From Candidatus Pacearchaeota archaeon (GTDB taxonomy: Archaea > Nanobdellota > Nanobdellia > Pacearchaeales > GW2011-AR1): 64,000 bases of DNA. Below, piece after piece: positions 46,118 through 56,094 of the stretch. The position numbers and the translations under genes were made by a program. The notes under the pieces were generated by a model. The model was given only the letters and a program-made list of their open reading frames with translations, had not been told where the DNA came from and did no database searches. The stretch lies in contig JAVYLW010000005.1 in the NCBI GenBank assembly GCA_038740375.1, positions 6,085-70,084 on the forward strand. Direction: 5' to 3'. Within the stretch, counting starts at the first letter, position 1; each line of letters opens with the position of its first letter.

Positions 46118-49100
46118 TTATTCATATTTATTTTTTAGATTGAATTTTGTTCTAATATGAAGTGATTGTATTTCATCAACTAATAATTTAAAAGCATACG
46201 ATATCTCTACAGGCTCAATTTCAGTTGAATTGCACATAGGACAGGTCATTTTTCCTCTTATTGTATCCTCGATTGCAATAGATCCGCATTTAGTACATAT
46301 AGGTAGTATTACTTTATCTGAATCATATCTTTCTTTAAGAAGTAATGAGGCGCCGTGTGCTACTAGTGCTTGTTGCTCCATTTCTCCAAGTCTTAATGCT
46401 CCTCCTTTTGCTCTTCCTTCTATAGGCTGTCTTGTTAATAATGTAACTTTTCCAGAAGCTCTTGCATGAAGTTTATTTGAAACCATATATTTTAGTTTTA
46501 GATAATACATATTTCCAATATAAATTTTAACCTTCATCATCCTTCCAGTAACTCCATTATACAATGTTTCTTTTCCATCAAATCGAAATCCAAGTTTAGC
46601 TAGCTCATTTTCAAGATCTTCAATTTTTTGTCCTGAAAATGCAGTTCCATCAATTATCTTTCCAGAAAGAGTTCCTACTTTTCCTGCTAAAAGCTCGATT
46701 AAATAGCCTACAGTCATTCTTCCAGGAATAGAATGTGGATTAAAAATTATGTCAGGTTTTATTCCTCTTGATGTAAATGGAACATCATTTTCTGGTATAA
46801 TTGCTCCAACAACTCCTTTCTGTCCATGAGAAGTTGCAAACTTATCTCCAAGTTCAGGAATTCTTAAATCTCTGGTTCTTACTCTTACTACTTTATTTCC
46901 TTGAGAATCTTCTGTGATAAAAACTGCATCAACAATTCCTTGTTCTTCTTGTCTTATAACAGAAGATGCTTCTTTTTTTGCTTTTATAGAAATTTCTCTT
47001 ACTTCAGATAAAAACTTAGGAGGAGATGTTTTTCCTATTACAACATCTCCTGATTTTAGACTAGCTTCAGGATATACAATTCCATCATCTTCAAGATATT
47101 TATAACTTTCTTCAGTTCTATAGCCTGAAACATCTTTTTCAGGTATAACTATTTCATCTTTTAATCCTCCAGCATAATTTAATTCAACAGAAGTATAAGG
47201 TCTGTAATAAGTGCTTCTTGCAAAACCTCTATCCACAGAACCTTTGTTTAGAATTAATGCATCTTCTATATTATAACCTTCATGAGTCATTACTGCAACG
47301 ACAACATTTTGTCCTGCTGGATGAACGTTTAAAGTGTCATAAACAAAACTTCTTACAATAGGTTTCTGAGGATAATGAAGGATATTAACATCAGTGTCTA
47401 TTCTACATAAAAAATTAGCAGCGTATAATCCAAGTCCTTGCTTCTGTGTTTTGCTTCCTCTATTAAGTCTTGAACTTTGGTCATAGTTAGCGTATGGAAC
47501 AAGTGATGTTACAACTCCGAGCAAATCAATTTTATCAATTTCTAAATGAGTATGTTCAGGAGTTAAGTCATTGTTTGTTAATGCGACTAATGCATTTTCT
47601 TCTTCAGCAGTATCAAGATATTCTATAATACCATTTTTTAATAAATCATCCCATTTCATTAAACCTTCTCTTAATAATCTTAAATGTTCTTCTGTTAATT
47701 TAGGAATGCCATTCTCAACAATAATTAAAGGTCTCATTACCCTACCAACTTCAGTTGATAAAATAATGTTATCTAGCAGTTTGTTATATCTTATAGACAG
47801 CTCTATCGGAAGTTCGCCTTTTCTTCTTATTTCTTTAATTTTTTTTACAAATTCTAGAGGGTTATCTACGCAACCTATAAATCTTCCATTAAAAAATATG
47901 TCACTTCCTTTTTCATCAAGTTCTTTTTTCATACCAATAGATTGTAATAATGAAACAATTTTTTCTTTAGAAATTTCAGCTCTTGTAGATATTTTTGCAA
48001 GAATAGCTAAGTTCTTTCTTAATCCAATTTCAGTTCCTTCAGGAGTTTCAATTGGACAAAATCTTCCATAGTGTGTTGGATGAAGAGTTCTTGCAAGAAA
48101 ATTTTCTTGTTCTCCTGGAAGCATTGAACTTACTCTTTGCAGTTGTGAAAGAATAGCAAGGTAATTTGTTTTATCCATATTTTGAGTAACACCAGTTCTT
48201 TCACCTATCCAGTTACCAGTTGCAATTGCACTTTCAATTCTATGAGTAAATAATGTTGATTTAGCTATTGTTTTTATAGAGTAGAACTTTTTTCTTTTTT
48301 GTATTTTTTGCAAAGAATGTTGAATATCACGAATTAGTATATTCATATTGATTCTAAAAAGATCAGCAAGCAGATCTCCAGACATTCTAACTCTTTTATT
48401 TGCATAATGATCTTTGTCAGTTAAATTTTCAGAATTTTCTTTTGACATATAAAATTGTTTTAAGAACTTACACAATGTTATTGCTTTTTCTATTCTATTC
48501 TCTTTTTTTAGTCCAATATGAGGCAAAAAATATGAATCAAGTCTTTGTTTTATTCTGTCGAGAATTTCTTTTTTCGTTCCTTGTAATGAAGTGTGTTCTG
48601 CTATTTTTATCATAGCTTCTTCTTCATCTTTAATATTAGCAAATTCATAGAGATTTACTATTAAACTGTCATTTTCAATTCCGATATATTTTGCAATGTC
48701 ACTTTCTTTTTTAAGTCCTAATGCTTTTAGAATTATTATAACTGGAATATTTCTGAATCTAGAAAAAGAAACTTCGACAATTTTATCATTCGATTCTGTT
48801 ATCGAAATTGGAATTCTATAACTTCCTCTTTTTGAAAAAAGTCTAAGCATTATGCCAGATCTTCCTTTTTCTATAAAAGGTTGATTTTCAGCAAGATCTT
48901 CAGTCATTACAATTATTCTTTCATTTCCATTAATAATAAAATATCCTCCAGGTTCTAATGGATCAATGTAATTTTCAATTAATTGTTCTTTTGTCATTCC
49001 ATGTAAATTACAAACATTAGATTTAACAATAACTGGAATTTTTCCAATTTCAACATTATGACTTTCTAGTTGTTCTGCTTGTTTTACAGTTATTTCAACT

Positions 49101-49393
49101 GTTATAGGAGATGAGTATGTAAGTCCTCTAATTCTAGCTTCAGCAGGAGTTATCAAATGTGTGCTTCCATCAGCTTCAACAATTTGAGGCTTTCCTACTC
49201 TTATTTTTCCAAGTTTTATCTCAATATCTTCTTCTTTTTGAAAACTTTCGTTTAACTCTTCAACAATTTCCTGCATTCTATGATCAATAAAATTATTAAA
49301 AGAAATTATATTTGATTCGACTAAACTATGTTCTTCCAGATATCTCTTTACGAGTAAATGTTCTTCTCTTGTATCTGTTAATTTTAAACTCAT
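46118..49393 (-). CDS. rpoB: DNA-directed RNA polymerase subunit B (unsplit)
   Basis: GGYFIINGNER, CPIETPEG, GYNIEDA, GDKFATSHGQKG, RLGEME, and a C-terminal Zn ribbon. Confidence 0.97.
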   Translation of the reverse strand: MSLKLTDTREEHLLVKRYLEEHSLVESNIISFNNFIDHRMQEIVEELNESFQKEEDIEIKLGKIRVGKPQIVEADGSTHLITPAEARIRGLTYSSPITVEITVKQAEQLESHNVEIGKIPVIVKSNVCNLHGMTKEQLIENYIDPLEPGGYFIINGNERIIVMTEDLAENQPFIEKGRSGIMLRLFSKRGSYRIPISITESNDKIVEVSFSRFRNIPVIIILKALGLKKESDIAKYIGIENDSLIVNLYEFANIKDEEEAMIKIAEHTSLQGTKKEILDRIKQRLDSYFLPHIGLKKENRIEKAITLCKFLKQFYMSKENSENLTDKDHYANKRVRMSGDLLADLFRINMNILIRDIQHSLQKIQKRKKFYSIKTIAKSTLFTHRIESAIATGNWIGERTGVTQNMDKTNYLAILSQLQRVSSMLPGEQENFLARTLHPTHYGRFCPIETPEGTEIGLRKNLAILAKISTRAEISKEKIVSLLQSIGMKKELDEKGSDIFFNGRFIGCVDNPLEFVKKIKEIRRKGELPIELSIRYNKLLDNIILSTEVGRVMRPLIIVENGIPKLTEEHLRLLREGLMKWDDLLKNGIIEYLDTAEEENALVALTNNDLTPEHTHLEIDKIDLLGVVTSLVPYANYDQSSRLNRGSKTQKQGLGLYAANFLCRIDTDVNILHYPQKPIVRSFVYDTLNVHPAGQNVVVAVMTHEGYNIEDALILNKGSVDRGFARSTYYRPYTSVELNYAGGLKDEIVIPEKDVSGYRTEESYKYLEDDGIVYPEASLKSGDVVIGKTSPPKFLSEVREISIKAKKEASSVIRQEEQGIVDAVFITEDSQGNKVVRVRTRDLRIPELGDKFATSHGQKGVVGAIIPENDVPFTSRGIKPDIIFNPHSIPGRMTVGYLIELLAGKVGTLSGKIIDGTAFSGQKIEDLENELAKLGFRFDGKETLYNGVTGRMMKVKIYIGNMYYLKLKYMVSNKLHARASGKVTLLTRQPIEGRAKGGALRLGEMEQQALVAHGASLLLKERYDSDKVILPICTKCGSIAIEDTIRGKMTCPMCNSTEIEPVEISYAFKLLVDEIQSLHIRTKFNLKNKYE

Positions 49394-49400
49394 TTTTAAA

Positions 49401-49610
49401 TTAAACCGTTACTACCCGATAATAAAATATTTTTTTTCCTTCAACTACTCTCTCGATCTTGATTACATCAGAAATTTCAGAACCTGGAGGCAGGGCAGGA
49501 TCGGTAATTTTTATTTTAGGTAATTGAACTAAAGAAATATTATACTCTTTTAACAATTGATCAACCTCTGACGAGCTTAACTTTGTATGTTTTGGTTGTA
49601 ATATATGCAT
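49401..49610 (-). CDS. rpoH: RNA polymerase subunit H (Rpo5)
   Basis: HILQPKHTKL...QLPKIKITDPAL...DVIKIER..YYRVV. Start likely ATG 49610. Confidence 0.93.
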   Translation of the reverse strand: MHILQPKHTKLSSSEVDQLLKEYNISLVQLPKIKITDPALPPGSEISDVIKIERVVEGKKIFYYRVVTV

Positions 49611-49772
49611 TTTAATATTCAAGGTAAATGATTTTTATTAATAAAGTAAGATACTTACCTTTAAAATTACCTTTATAAGCTTTATAATAATGAATAAGTT
49701 ATTATATGAATTTATAAATCTTTCGGTTTATTTTTTTAAAAAATATAAAAAAATTATAGAAAAGTTTTTAAA

Positions 49773-49796
49773 TATGGATATCCATAGATATCCATA
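49773..49796 (+). promoter_or_regulatory. Palindrome TATGGATATCCATA and tandem GATATCCATA, a putative operator
   Basis: Lies immediately after GAAAAGTTTTTAAATA (BRE/TATA-like) and before ORF 49813. Confidence 0.55.
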
Positions 49797-49812
49797 ATAA
49801 AACGAGGTTAAA

Positions 49813-50022
49813 ATGATATCAATAGATTCTACTACAGCAAAAAAATTAGTAATGAAATCAAAATATAAAACAATATATACTGATAAAGTAAGAACAAACG
49901 GTGGAAATTCAGCAAAGATTAATTGTAAAAAAGAATTTATTGATAGCGAAGTGGTTGTTTTTGTTCTGGGAAAAGAGGATGAGAGAAAAATAGAAAAAAA
50001 GGAGGTGGATAATGAAAAATAA
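49813..50022 (+). CDS. DUF2080-like (putative transposon-encoded, AbrB-like) small protein
   Basis: KVRTNGGNSAKINCKKEFIDSEVVVFVL resembles the GNSAKxxxPKxxIGxxVYV pattern. GAGGT RBS. Confidence 0.7.
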   Translation: MISIDSTTAKKLVMKSKYKTIYTDKVRTNGGNSAKINCKKEFIDSEVVVFVLGKEDERKIEKKEVDNEK

Positions 50023-50155
50023 CCTAAATTATATTATTTTTTTAAAAAGACAAACAAGTTTTAAAGTTTATACAAATTACAAATCTGAAATTAAGAAATC
50101 AGGAATTCTAAAAATAACTTATCCACTTTCCTTTATACTCACTGAATTTGTTACC

Positions 50156-50191
50156 CATCTGTTCTAGGAGAAAATTCTCCTAGGACGGATG
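50156..50191 (+). other. 16-bp stem-loop with two G.U/T pairs
   Basis: CATCTGTTCTAGGAGA-AAAT-TCTCCTAGGACGGATG. Confidence 0.75.
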
Positions 50192-50288
50192 AAATTTTAT
50201 AATAAACTTTTAAAATAATTTAACTGAAAAATGTTAAAAAAATTAAAACACTTTTTCTAATTATACTTTAAAAATAAAAAATTTTAAA

Positions 50289-50363
50289 TGGGTTCGAGGG
50301 GATTTGAACCCCCGACACCCGGCTTAAAAGGCCGGTGCTCTAACCAGGCTGAGCTACGAACCC
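50289..50363 (-). tRNA. tRNA-Lys(TTT)
   Basis: GGGTTCG/CGAACCC acceptor, CCGGC-CTTTTAA-GCCGG anticodon arm, TTCAAAT T-loop. Confidence 0.95.
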
Positions 50364-50493
50364 ATAGAAAAATTAAAAGGTTTTAATTTAAAAAGTTTTG
50401 TTTTAATAACTTATTCTGCATTTTTATTTATTCATCGATTATTTTTATTACTAAATAATAATCTTTTTTATTCCTAATTTTCATTTTTTCTTT

Positions 50494-50835
50494 TTAATTT
50501 TCTTTTAAGAAAGAATTAATTTTATTTTTAATTGTCTCAAAAGAATGAGAACCTATTATTCTTCCTAATTCTTTTCCTTGCTTGAAAACAATTAAACACG
50601 GTACGCTTGAAACTCCGTATCTTGAACTTAACTCTTGATTATCTTCTATATTAATTTTTACAAATTTTATATCTTTCATTTCTTCTGCAAGGTCTTCAAG
50701 AATAGGAGTCATTATAAGACAAGGCATACACCATTCAGCATAGAAATCTGCAACTACAACTTTTGATGAATTATTGATAATTTTTTTGAATTCTTCGGCA
50801 TTAATCTCCATTTCTGTATAATTTGTTGAAACCAT
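50494..50835 (-). CDS. trxA: Thioredoxin
   Basis: DFYAEWCMPC, VSSVP, FKQGKE. Confidence 0.92.
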   Translation of the reverse strand: MVSTNYTEMEINAEEFKKIINNSSKVVVADFYAEWCMPCLIMTPILEDLAEEMKDIKFVKINIEDNQELSSRYGVSSVPCLIVFKQGKELGRIIGSHSFETIKNKINSFLKEN

Positions 50836-50966
50836 TTTGTTTTATTTTTAAATTCACCAAATGTCATAAAACTATTTAATTTTTAAGCTTAATAAATCTT
50901 TCTTATCACCGTCTTAAGATAAAATAGCATAATAAATCTTATTAAGTCTATGTTTATTTAAAATTT

Positions 50967-51521
50967 ATGGATAAAAGAATTAGAATTTTAAAAGAAAATC
51001 CCTTAGGAACAAGGCCTGATTGGAATGAATATTTTATGCATATTGCAATAAGTGTAGCTTCTAGAGCATCTTGTTTTAATGTACATGCAGGAACAGTGAT
51101 AGTATCCAATAATCAGATAATATCAACAGGATATAATGGAGCTCCTCCAAGAATAAGAGATAATTGTTTAAAAACAGGTTGTAGGAAAGAACTTAAGGGA
51201 CTTTTATATGAAGAATCTTTAGGTTCAGGAGAATGTGTAGGAGTTCATTCTGAAATGAATGCTCTTAATCATCTTACTAAATTAGGAGCAAAAAATATTT
51301 CAGTATACACAACAATTTTTCCGTGTCATACATGTGCTAAAAATCTTTTATCTTTTGATGTAGAAAAAATAGTATTTAAGAAGTTATATTCAGAAAAAGA
51401 AATTATTTCCACCTTAGATATGCTTGATGAGGCAAGTATTAATATTTATCAGTTAGATTTGTCAAAAGAAAGAGATATGGATATCCGTTATAACAGAAAA
51501 GCAATATATGGGGTATGGTAA
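50967..51521 (+). CDS. dCMP deaminase
   Basis: RPDWNEYFM, TGYNGAP, HSEMNA, FPCHTC. Confidence 0.92.
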   Translation: MDKRIRILKENPLGTRPDWNEYFMHIAISVASRASCFNVHAGTVIVSNNQIISTGYNGAPPRIRDNCLKTGCRKELKGLLYEESLGSGECVGVHSEMNALNHLTKLGAKNISVYTTIFPCHTCAKNLLSFDVEKIVFKKLYSEKEIISTLDMLDEASINIYQLDLSKERDMDIRYNRKAIYGVW

Positions 51522-51633
51522 ACTTATTTTGAAAATTTTAAAATTATAGATTTAAATCTAAAAAATTAAATTTTTATAATAAAATAATCCTTTTTTATAA
51601 TATTATTTTATGAAATTTTGATAAAAAACAATC

Positions 51634-52335
51634 TTATATCAATACTCTAACTTTATTAGCATATTTTTCCATAATTTTTCCAATTTCAAATAATTCTTCT
51701 TTTGTCTTAAGTTTTAATTTTTTTAAGTTTTTATCAAAACAATTTTCAGGATTAAACTCTTGTATTGTAAACGTTTTGACTTTTTCTAAAACAGAATCTT
51801 TAGTAATCCACTTTCCTATTGTTTCAAAATCTTCATTAGATAAAAAAGGCAAAACTGTTGTTCTAAATTCATAATCTGGAAATTTTTTTACAATATTTAT
51901 ACTTTCATTTATTTTTTTTAAATCTACAAGAGTATTAGTAACCTCATTATATTTTTCAGGAATTGTTTTTATGTCCATTGCAACAAAATCTACATTTCCT
52001 GATTCTAATAATTTTTTAAGTATTTCAGGGTTGCTACCATTAGTATCAATTTTTATTAAAACACCTATTTTTTTTAAATTAGAAACAAAAACATCCAAAT
52101 CAGAATAAATTGTCGGTTCTCCTCCTGAAATACATACAGATTCATACCATTTTTTATTATAGTAAAATTTTATTTCTGAAAGAAGTTTTTCTAAATCAAT
52201 CGGAGCAAGATTATTCTTAAAGAGTTTGTAATTGTGACAATATGAACATCTAAAATTACATCCGCGAACAAATAATATCTGTCCAAATTTTCCTGGATAA
52301 TCTATCATAGATTCTTCTCTTGCAACTATTATCAT
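51634..52335 (-). CDS. nrdG: Anaerobic ribonucleotide reductase activating enzyme
   Basis: IDYPG, GCNFRCSYCHN, SGGEPT, DTNGS, YEFRTTV. Lies directly downstream of nrdD. Confidence 0.9.
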   Translation of the reverse strand: MIIVAREESMIDYPGKFGQILFVRGCNFRCSYCHNYKLFKNNLAPIDLEKLLSEIKFYYNKKWYESVCISGGEPTIYSDLDVFVSNLKKIGVLIKIDTNGSNPEILKKLLESGNVDFVAMDIKTIPEKYNEVTNTLVDLKKINESINIVKKFPDYEFRTTVLPFLSNEDFETIGKWITKDSVLEKVKTFTIQEFNPENCFDKNLKKLKLKTKEELFEIGKIMEKYANKVRVLI

Positions 52336-52418
52336 TTCGATATATTATTTTTAATAATTTTAGATTTTTATTAAACTTATAAAATATAATATATTCTTTA
52401 AATTAATAACTTAACTTT

Positions 52419-55400
52419 TTAATTTAGAACTATATTTTCTCTAGAAATTCTCTCTATTATTGCATTTTTTATTTCTTCAGGAGAAATTTTATTTCCTTTT
52501 CCATAAGAGATATTTAAGCTACAAACACCGTTATTACAATTTTCTTCTTCAATTCCATATTCAGCTGTTTTTTTCCAATAACTTTCCTTACCAACAACTA
52601 CAACCGTTGGAACACTGTCAAAAGGGACAGAATATTTTGCAGCCTTTACTATAGCTTCTTGTTCTAAGTCATCTAAATAATAAACTTGATATTCAATTTT
52701 TTCTTTAATTCCTAAGTTATTTATTTGTTCGTTGATATAATCATTAGTTTTTTCACAAACAGAACATCCGTGTTTCCCAAATAAATATATTTTAATTTTG
52801 TCTCCAACATTTTCAGGATAATATAAAAATGACATATCTCTTCCAACTGAACCAGCATAATTTTCAACTGCTTTTTTTCTATCTTCATAAATTTGTCTTT
52901 GAGAACTATTCCATTTACTAATTCCTGAATAATATCCTACTATTCTTGTTACAACATTCAATAAATTTCTATTAACTGTTTTTTCAAAAGCATTAGAACA
53001 ATCAGCATTTGTACATAAATTTTTTTCACCTGCCATTATATTTCCGCAAACATTACATTCTGTGTAAGTAGGAGAAATTACTAATTGAGAACATCTTGTA
53101 TTTTCAAAAGTTTTTTTGACGAGCATCATTATTGCTTCTTTACTAGGTCTTTTTTCACCAACATAAGCATGAATTATAGCTCCAGATTCTATCATATCGT
53201 GAAATTTTGATTGTCCGACAATTCTATCAATAATACTGACATCTGCATCAGGAGCAAAATGAATTGAATTTGTATAATAAGGGTTTTCTTCTGTTCCTTT
53301 TACTATTTTCCTTGCAATTTCAAAATTTTCTCTGTCAAGTTTAGCAAGTCTTCTTGTAGTAGACTCAGCAGGAGTTTCTTCTAATGTAAACTTTCTTCCT
53401 GATCTTTTTTTAAATTCTTGAATTTTTTTGTACATAAATGCAATTATTTTTAATCCTGTTTCATAAGCTAATTGGCTTTCATGCAACTGCTGTCCGGTTA
53501 TAACTTGTACAGCTTCATTTAATCCAATATTACCTATTATGTAAGTAGCTTTTCTTAATTCGATATAAGGAGTTCCATCATCGCTTGGTTTTCCTAAATT
53601 TCTCATAGGACTTCCATCTGTTTCTAATAATTGTTGCATAAATTTTGCTTTTTCTTTATGAGCTTTAAAAGCAATTTCCATCAACCTGTCAATTTCTTCT
53701 AAAGTTCCATCTAAATTCTTTCCTTTATATGCTGCTTGAGCAAGGTTAATAGTAACATTTTGAAATCCACAGAATCTTAATCTTTCAGGATACTTTAGCA
53801 TAGAAGAATCTTCAATTTTTTCTCTTAATCTGCAACATTGTGCTAAAACAGCACCATTTCCTCTGTCAAACATAAAATAAACAGCTCCATTTTCAGAAGA
53901 AACTTGTGTTGCTAATTCTAAAATTTCAAGTTGTTTTGGATCTTTAAATGTGTTTTCATCAACATGTAAATCACATTTTGGAAAATGAAAAGGTCTTCCA
54001 CAACTGTCTCCTTTTCTCCAAATTTCTAAAAGTGCTTTTGCAAATTTTTGACTTGTTTCTTCTAAATCGCCATAAGTGACTATTTTTCCATCTTTAAATT
54101 CTCCGGTTAGTTTACTAGAATCTGCATCACCGTTTCTTATATCTTTAGGATCTTCTGTTTTAACTCTAGGAACACTATCTACTCTAGCAATAGTTCCATC
54201 TTTTTTTAATATCATATATTTTCCTCCAGGACCTATTGCAGGAACTTCTTTTAAATAACTTGGAACACCTGTATGAATGTTAAAATCAATAAATAATGTT
54301 TGTCCACCTCTTGAAAATGCATTTTGAGAAGATGCAAATATTAAATTTTGAGCAACTTGTTCAAACTCTTTCAAAGGAACTTCTTTTAATTCCATTCTTT
54401 CTTCAGTAATTTCAAAATAATTTTTAGCTCCGATTTCATTAGAGAATACTCCTTGCTCAACTAATTTTTCATAGTCTCTTTTTTCAAAATTTAATTTTTC
54501 TCCTTTAAAATATCCGTAAACTACATTAACAGGTCTTTTTAACAAAGATGAATATAATATATTTAAAAATCCAAATCCAAGAGCGCCAGCATAATGTGCC
54601 TGCATTGAAGCTAAAAAAGTTTGAATATGTTGATTTAAAACAGCTGCTGAGTTTGGTGGATTTGATTTAGATTCTAGGTTTTCAAGAACTTTTCCAAGTC
54701 CGTATTTTTTTAAATACTCTACAGAATGAGAAGAGCAATAAACTCTTGTAGGATAACCTAAATCATGCAAATGAATTTCTCCTTTTAAATGAGCATTAGC
54801 AACTTCTTCGCTAAAAATATTTGATAAAGCCCATGGTTTTTGTATTCTTTCTGCAACTTCTAAGTTTACAGCTTCAGGATTATTTGCAGCAATATTTGAA
54901 TTTTCTTTACTTCTTGAAAAAACAATTTTTATAAAATCAGAGCTAGGAAGTCCTAATATAGCTTGTTTTTTTCTTTGAGTTTCAAGCCCTTCTTCCTTTA
55001 AAATCATATCAACAAGAATTCTTATATCTGTTGTAGAAAATTTTCTGATTCCTCCTCTTTTATATAGTCCTATGACACTATTTTCAACTCTTTTAGCAAT
55101 CTTTTCAGCATATCTATGAGACAAATTTGCTTCTGATTTTAATTGTTCTACTATTTTTTCTCGATTCCATTTCTGTAATTTATCATGAGTATTTGATTCA
55201 ATTAATAGCGCTGCATCTGTAGTACTCGTTTCGTTATTCTTTTCATGAATTGCTAAAAATTTTCTCGCTTCTGCTCTTTCATGGCTGTAACGCGAATATG
55301 CTAAAGATACTTCTTTATATCCTATATCATAACTTGCCTTAATTACGATTTTTTCAATCTCATTTATTTTAGGAGTGTTTCCATTGAATTTTTCACTTAT

Positions 55401-55556
55401 TCTTTTTTTAACTTCTTGAAATATTTCTTCAGTAACTTTATCATAATCCTCAAAACCTGATGCACGGACAGCTCCTGATATAGCTTCTCTTATTTTACTA
55501 GGCTCAAATAAATCAATGCTTCCATCTCTTTTTATAATATGTTTTGGTAATAACAT
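52419..55556 (-). CDS. nrdD: Class III (anaerobic) ribonucleotide reductase with tandem ATP cones and fused C-terminal thioredoxin-like domain
   Basis: IIKRDG ATP cone, HLHDLG, SRGGQ, QCCRL, ETPAES, YYTNS, Zn site CNVC and glycyl loop TRIVGYY, followed by LFGKHGCSVC...VPTVVV. Confidence 0.92.
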   Translation of the reverse strand: MLLPKHIIKRDGSIDLFEPSKIREAISGAVRASGFEDYDKVTEEIFQEVKKRISEKFNGNTPKINEIEKIVIKASYDIGYKEVSLAYSRYSHERAEARKFLAIHEKNNETSTTDAALLIESNTHDKLQKWNREKIVEQLKSEANLSHRYAEKIAKRVENSVIGLYKRGGIRKFSTTDIRILVDMILKEEGLETQRKKQAILGLPSSDFIKIVFSRSKENSNIAANNPEAVNLEVAERIQKPWALSNIFSEEVANAHLKGEIHLHDLGYPTRVYCSSHSVEYLKKYGLGKVLENLESKSNPPNSAAVLNQHIQTFLASMQAHYAGALGFGFLNILYSSLLKRPVNVVYGYFKGEKLNFEKRDYEKLVEQGVFSNEIGAKNYFEITEERMELKEVPLKEFEQVAQNLIFASSQNAFSRGGQTLFIDFNIHTGVPSYLKEVPAIGPGGKYMILKKDGTIARVDSVPRVKTEDPKDIRNGDADSSKLTGEFKDGKIVTYGDLEETSQKFAKALLEIWRKGDSCGRPFHFPKCDLHVDENTFKDPKQLEILELATQVSSENGAVYFMFDRGNGAVLAQCCRLREKIEDSSMLKYPERLRFCGFQNVTINLAQAAYKGKNLDGTLEEIDRLMEIAFKAHKEKAKFMQQLLETDGSPMRNLGKPSDDGTPYIELRKATYIIGNIGLNEAVQVITGQQLHESQLAYETGLKIIAFMYKKIQEFKKRSGRKFTLEETPAESTTRRLAKLDRENFEIARKIVKGTEENPYYTNSIHFAPDADVSIIDRIVGQSKFHDMIESGAIIHAYVGEKRPSKEAIMMLVKKTFENTRCSQLVISPTYTECNVCGNIMAGEKNLCTNADCSNAFEKTVNRNLLNVVTRIVGYYSGISKWNSSQRQIYEDRKKAVENYAGSVGRDMSFLYYPENVGDKIKIYLFGKHGCSVCEKTNDYINEQINNLGIKEKIEYQVYYLDDLEQEAIVKAAKYSVPFDSVPTVVVVGKESYWKKTAEYGIEEENCNNGVCSLNISYGKGNKISPEEIKNAIIERISRENIVLN

Positions 55557-55579
55557 CTTTAATTTATCCTCCTTTTTTA

Positions 55580-56014
55580 TTATTTTATCTTATTCATAAC
55601 ATTTTTAAAATCTTTTAAATTTTGAAAGTTCATATATACAGATGCAAATCTTATATATGCAATATCATCTAATTTTTTTAATTTGTCCATGACTATTTTT
55701 CCAATAAAATCTGTTTTTACTTCATTTCCTTTTTTTCTTAATTTTTCTTCAATTTCATCCAATAATTTGTTTATTTTTTCAATCGGTATAGGTCTTTTTT
55801 CACACGCTTTCATTATCCCTGATTTTAATTTTTCTCTTGAAAATTTTTCTCTTCTTCCATCTTTTTTAACAATATAAAAATCTGGTTTTTCATACTTTTC
55901 ATAAGTAGTAAATCTTTTTTTACATTTTAGACATTCTCTTCTTCTTCTTGTATAGTCTGAAGATTCGCGTTTATCTGTGACTTTTGTTTCATTGCCACAA
56001 AAAACACATTTCAT
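55580..56014 (-). CDS. nrdR: Transcriptional repressor NrdR
   Basis: MKCVFC, RRRRECLKCKKRFTTYE, ATP cone VKKDGRRE, AYIRFASVY. Confidence 0.95.
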   Translation of the reverse strand: MKCVFCGNETKVTDKRESSDYTRRRRECLKCKKRFTTYEKYEKPDFYIVKKDGRREKFSREKLKSGIMKACEKRPIPIEKINKLLDEIEEKLRKKGNEVKTDFIGKIVMDKLKKLDDIAYIRFASVYMNFQNLKDFKNVMNKIK

Positions 56015-56046
56015 CTCTGTTCACCATCTTTTTTTATATTCTTTAT

Positions 56047-56094
56047 ATACAACATATTGTATATATAATTATTCTCAACTACAATAAATTGTAT
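56047..56094. promoter_or_regulatory. Tandem NrdR boxes (56047-56062 and 56079-56094)
   Basis: ATACAACATATTGTAT and CTACAATAAATTGTAT resemble acaCwAtATaTwGtgt, are 32 bp apart and lie upstream of nrdR-nrdD. Confidence 0.8.

Noticed and set aside
49620-49675. Inverted repeats (AAGGTAA/TTACCTT, GTAAG-ATA-CTTAC) upstream of rpoH as a regulatory RNA
   Set aside because: They are short and AT-rich, and cannot be distinguished from chance without comparative data.
54080-54540. Intein in NrdD (two insertions of ~45-55 aa)
   Set aside because: They are too short and have no C/S start with HN-C/S/T end or LAGLIDADG motifs, so they are treated as lineage-specific loops.
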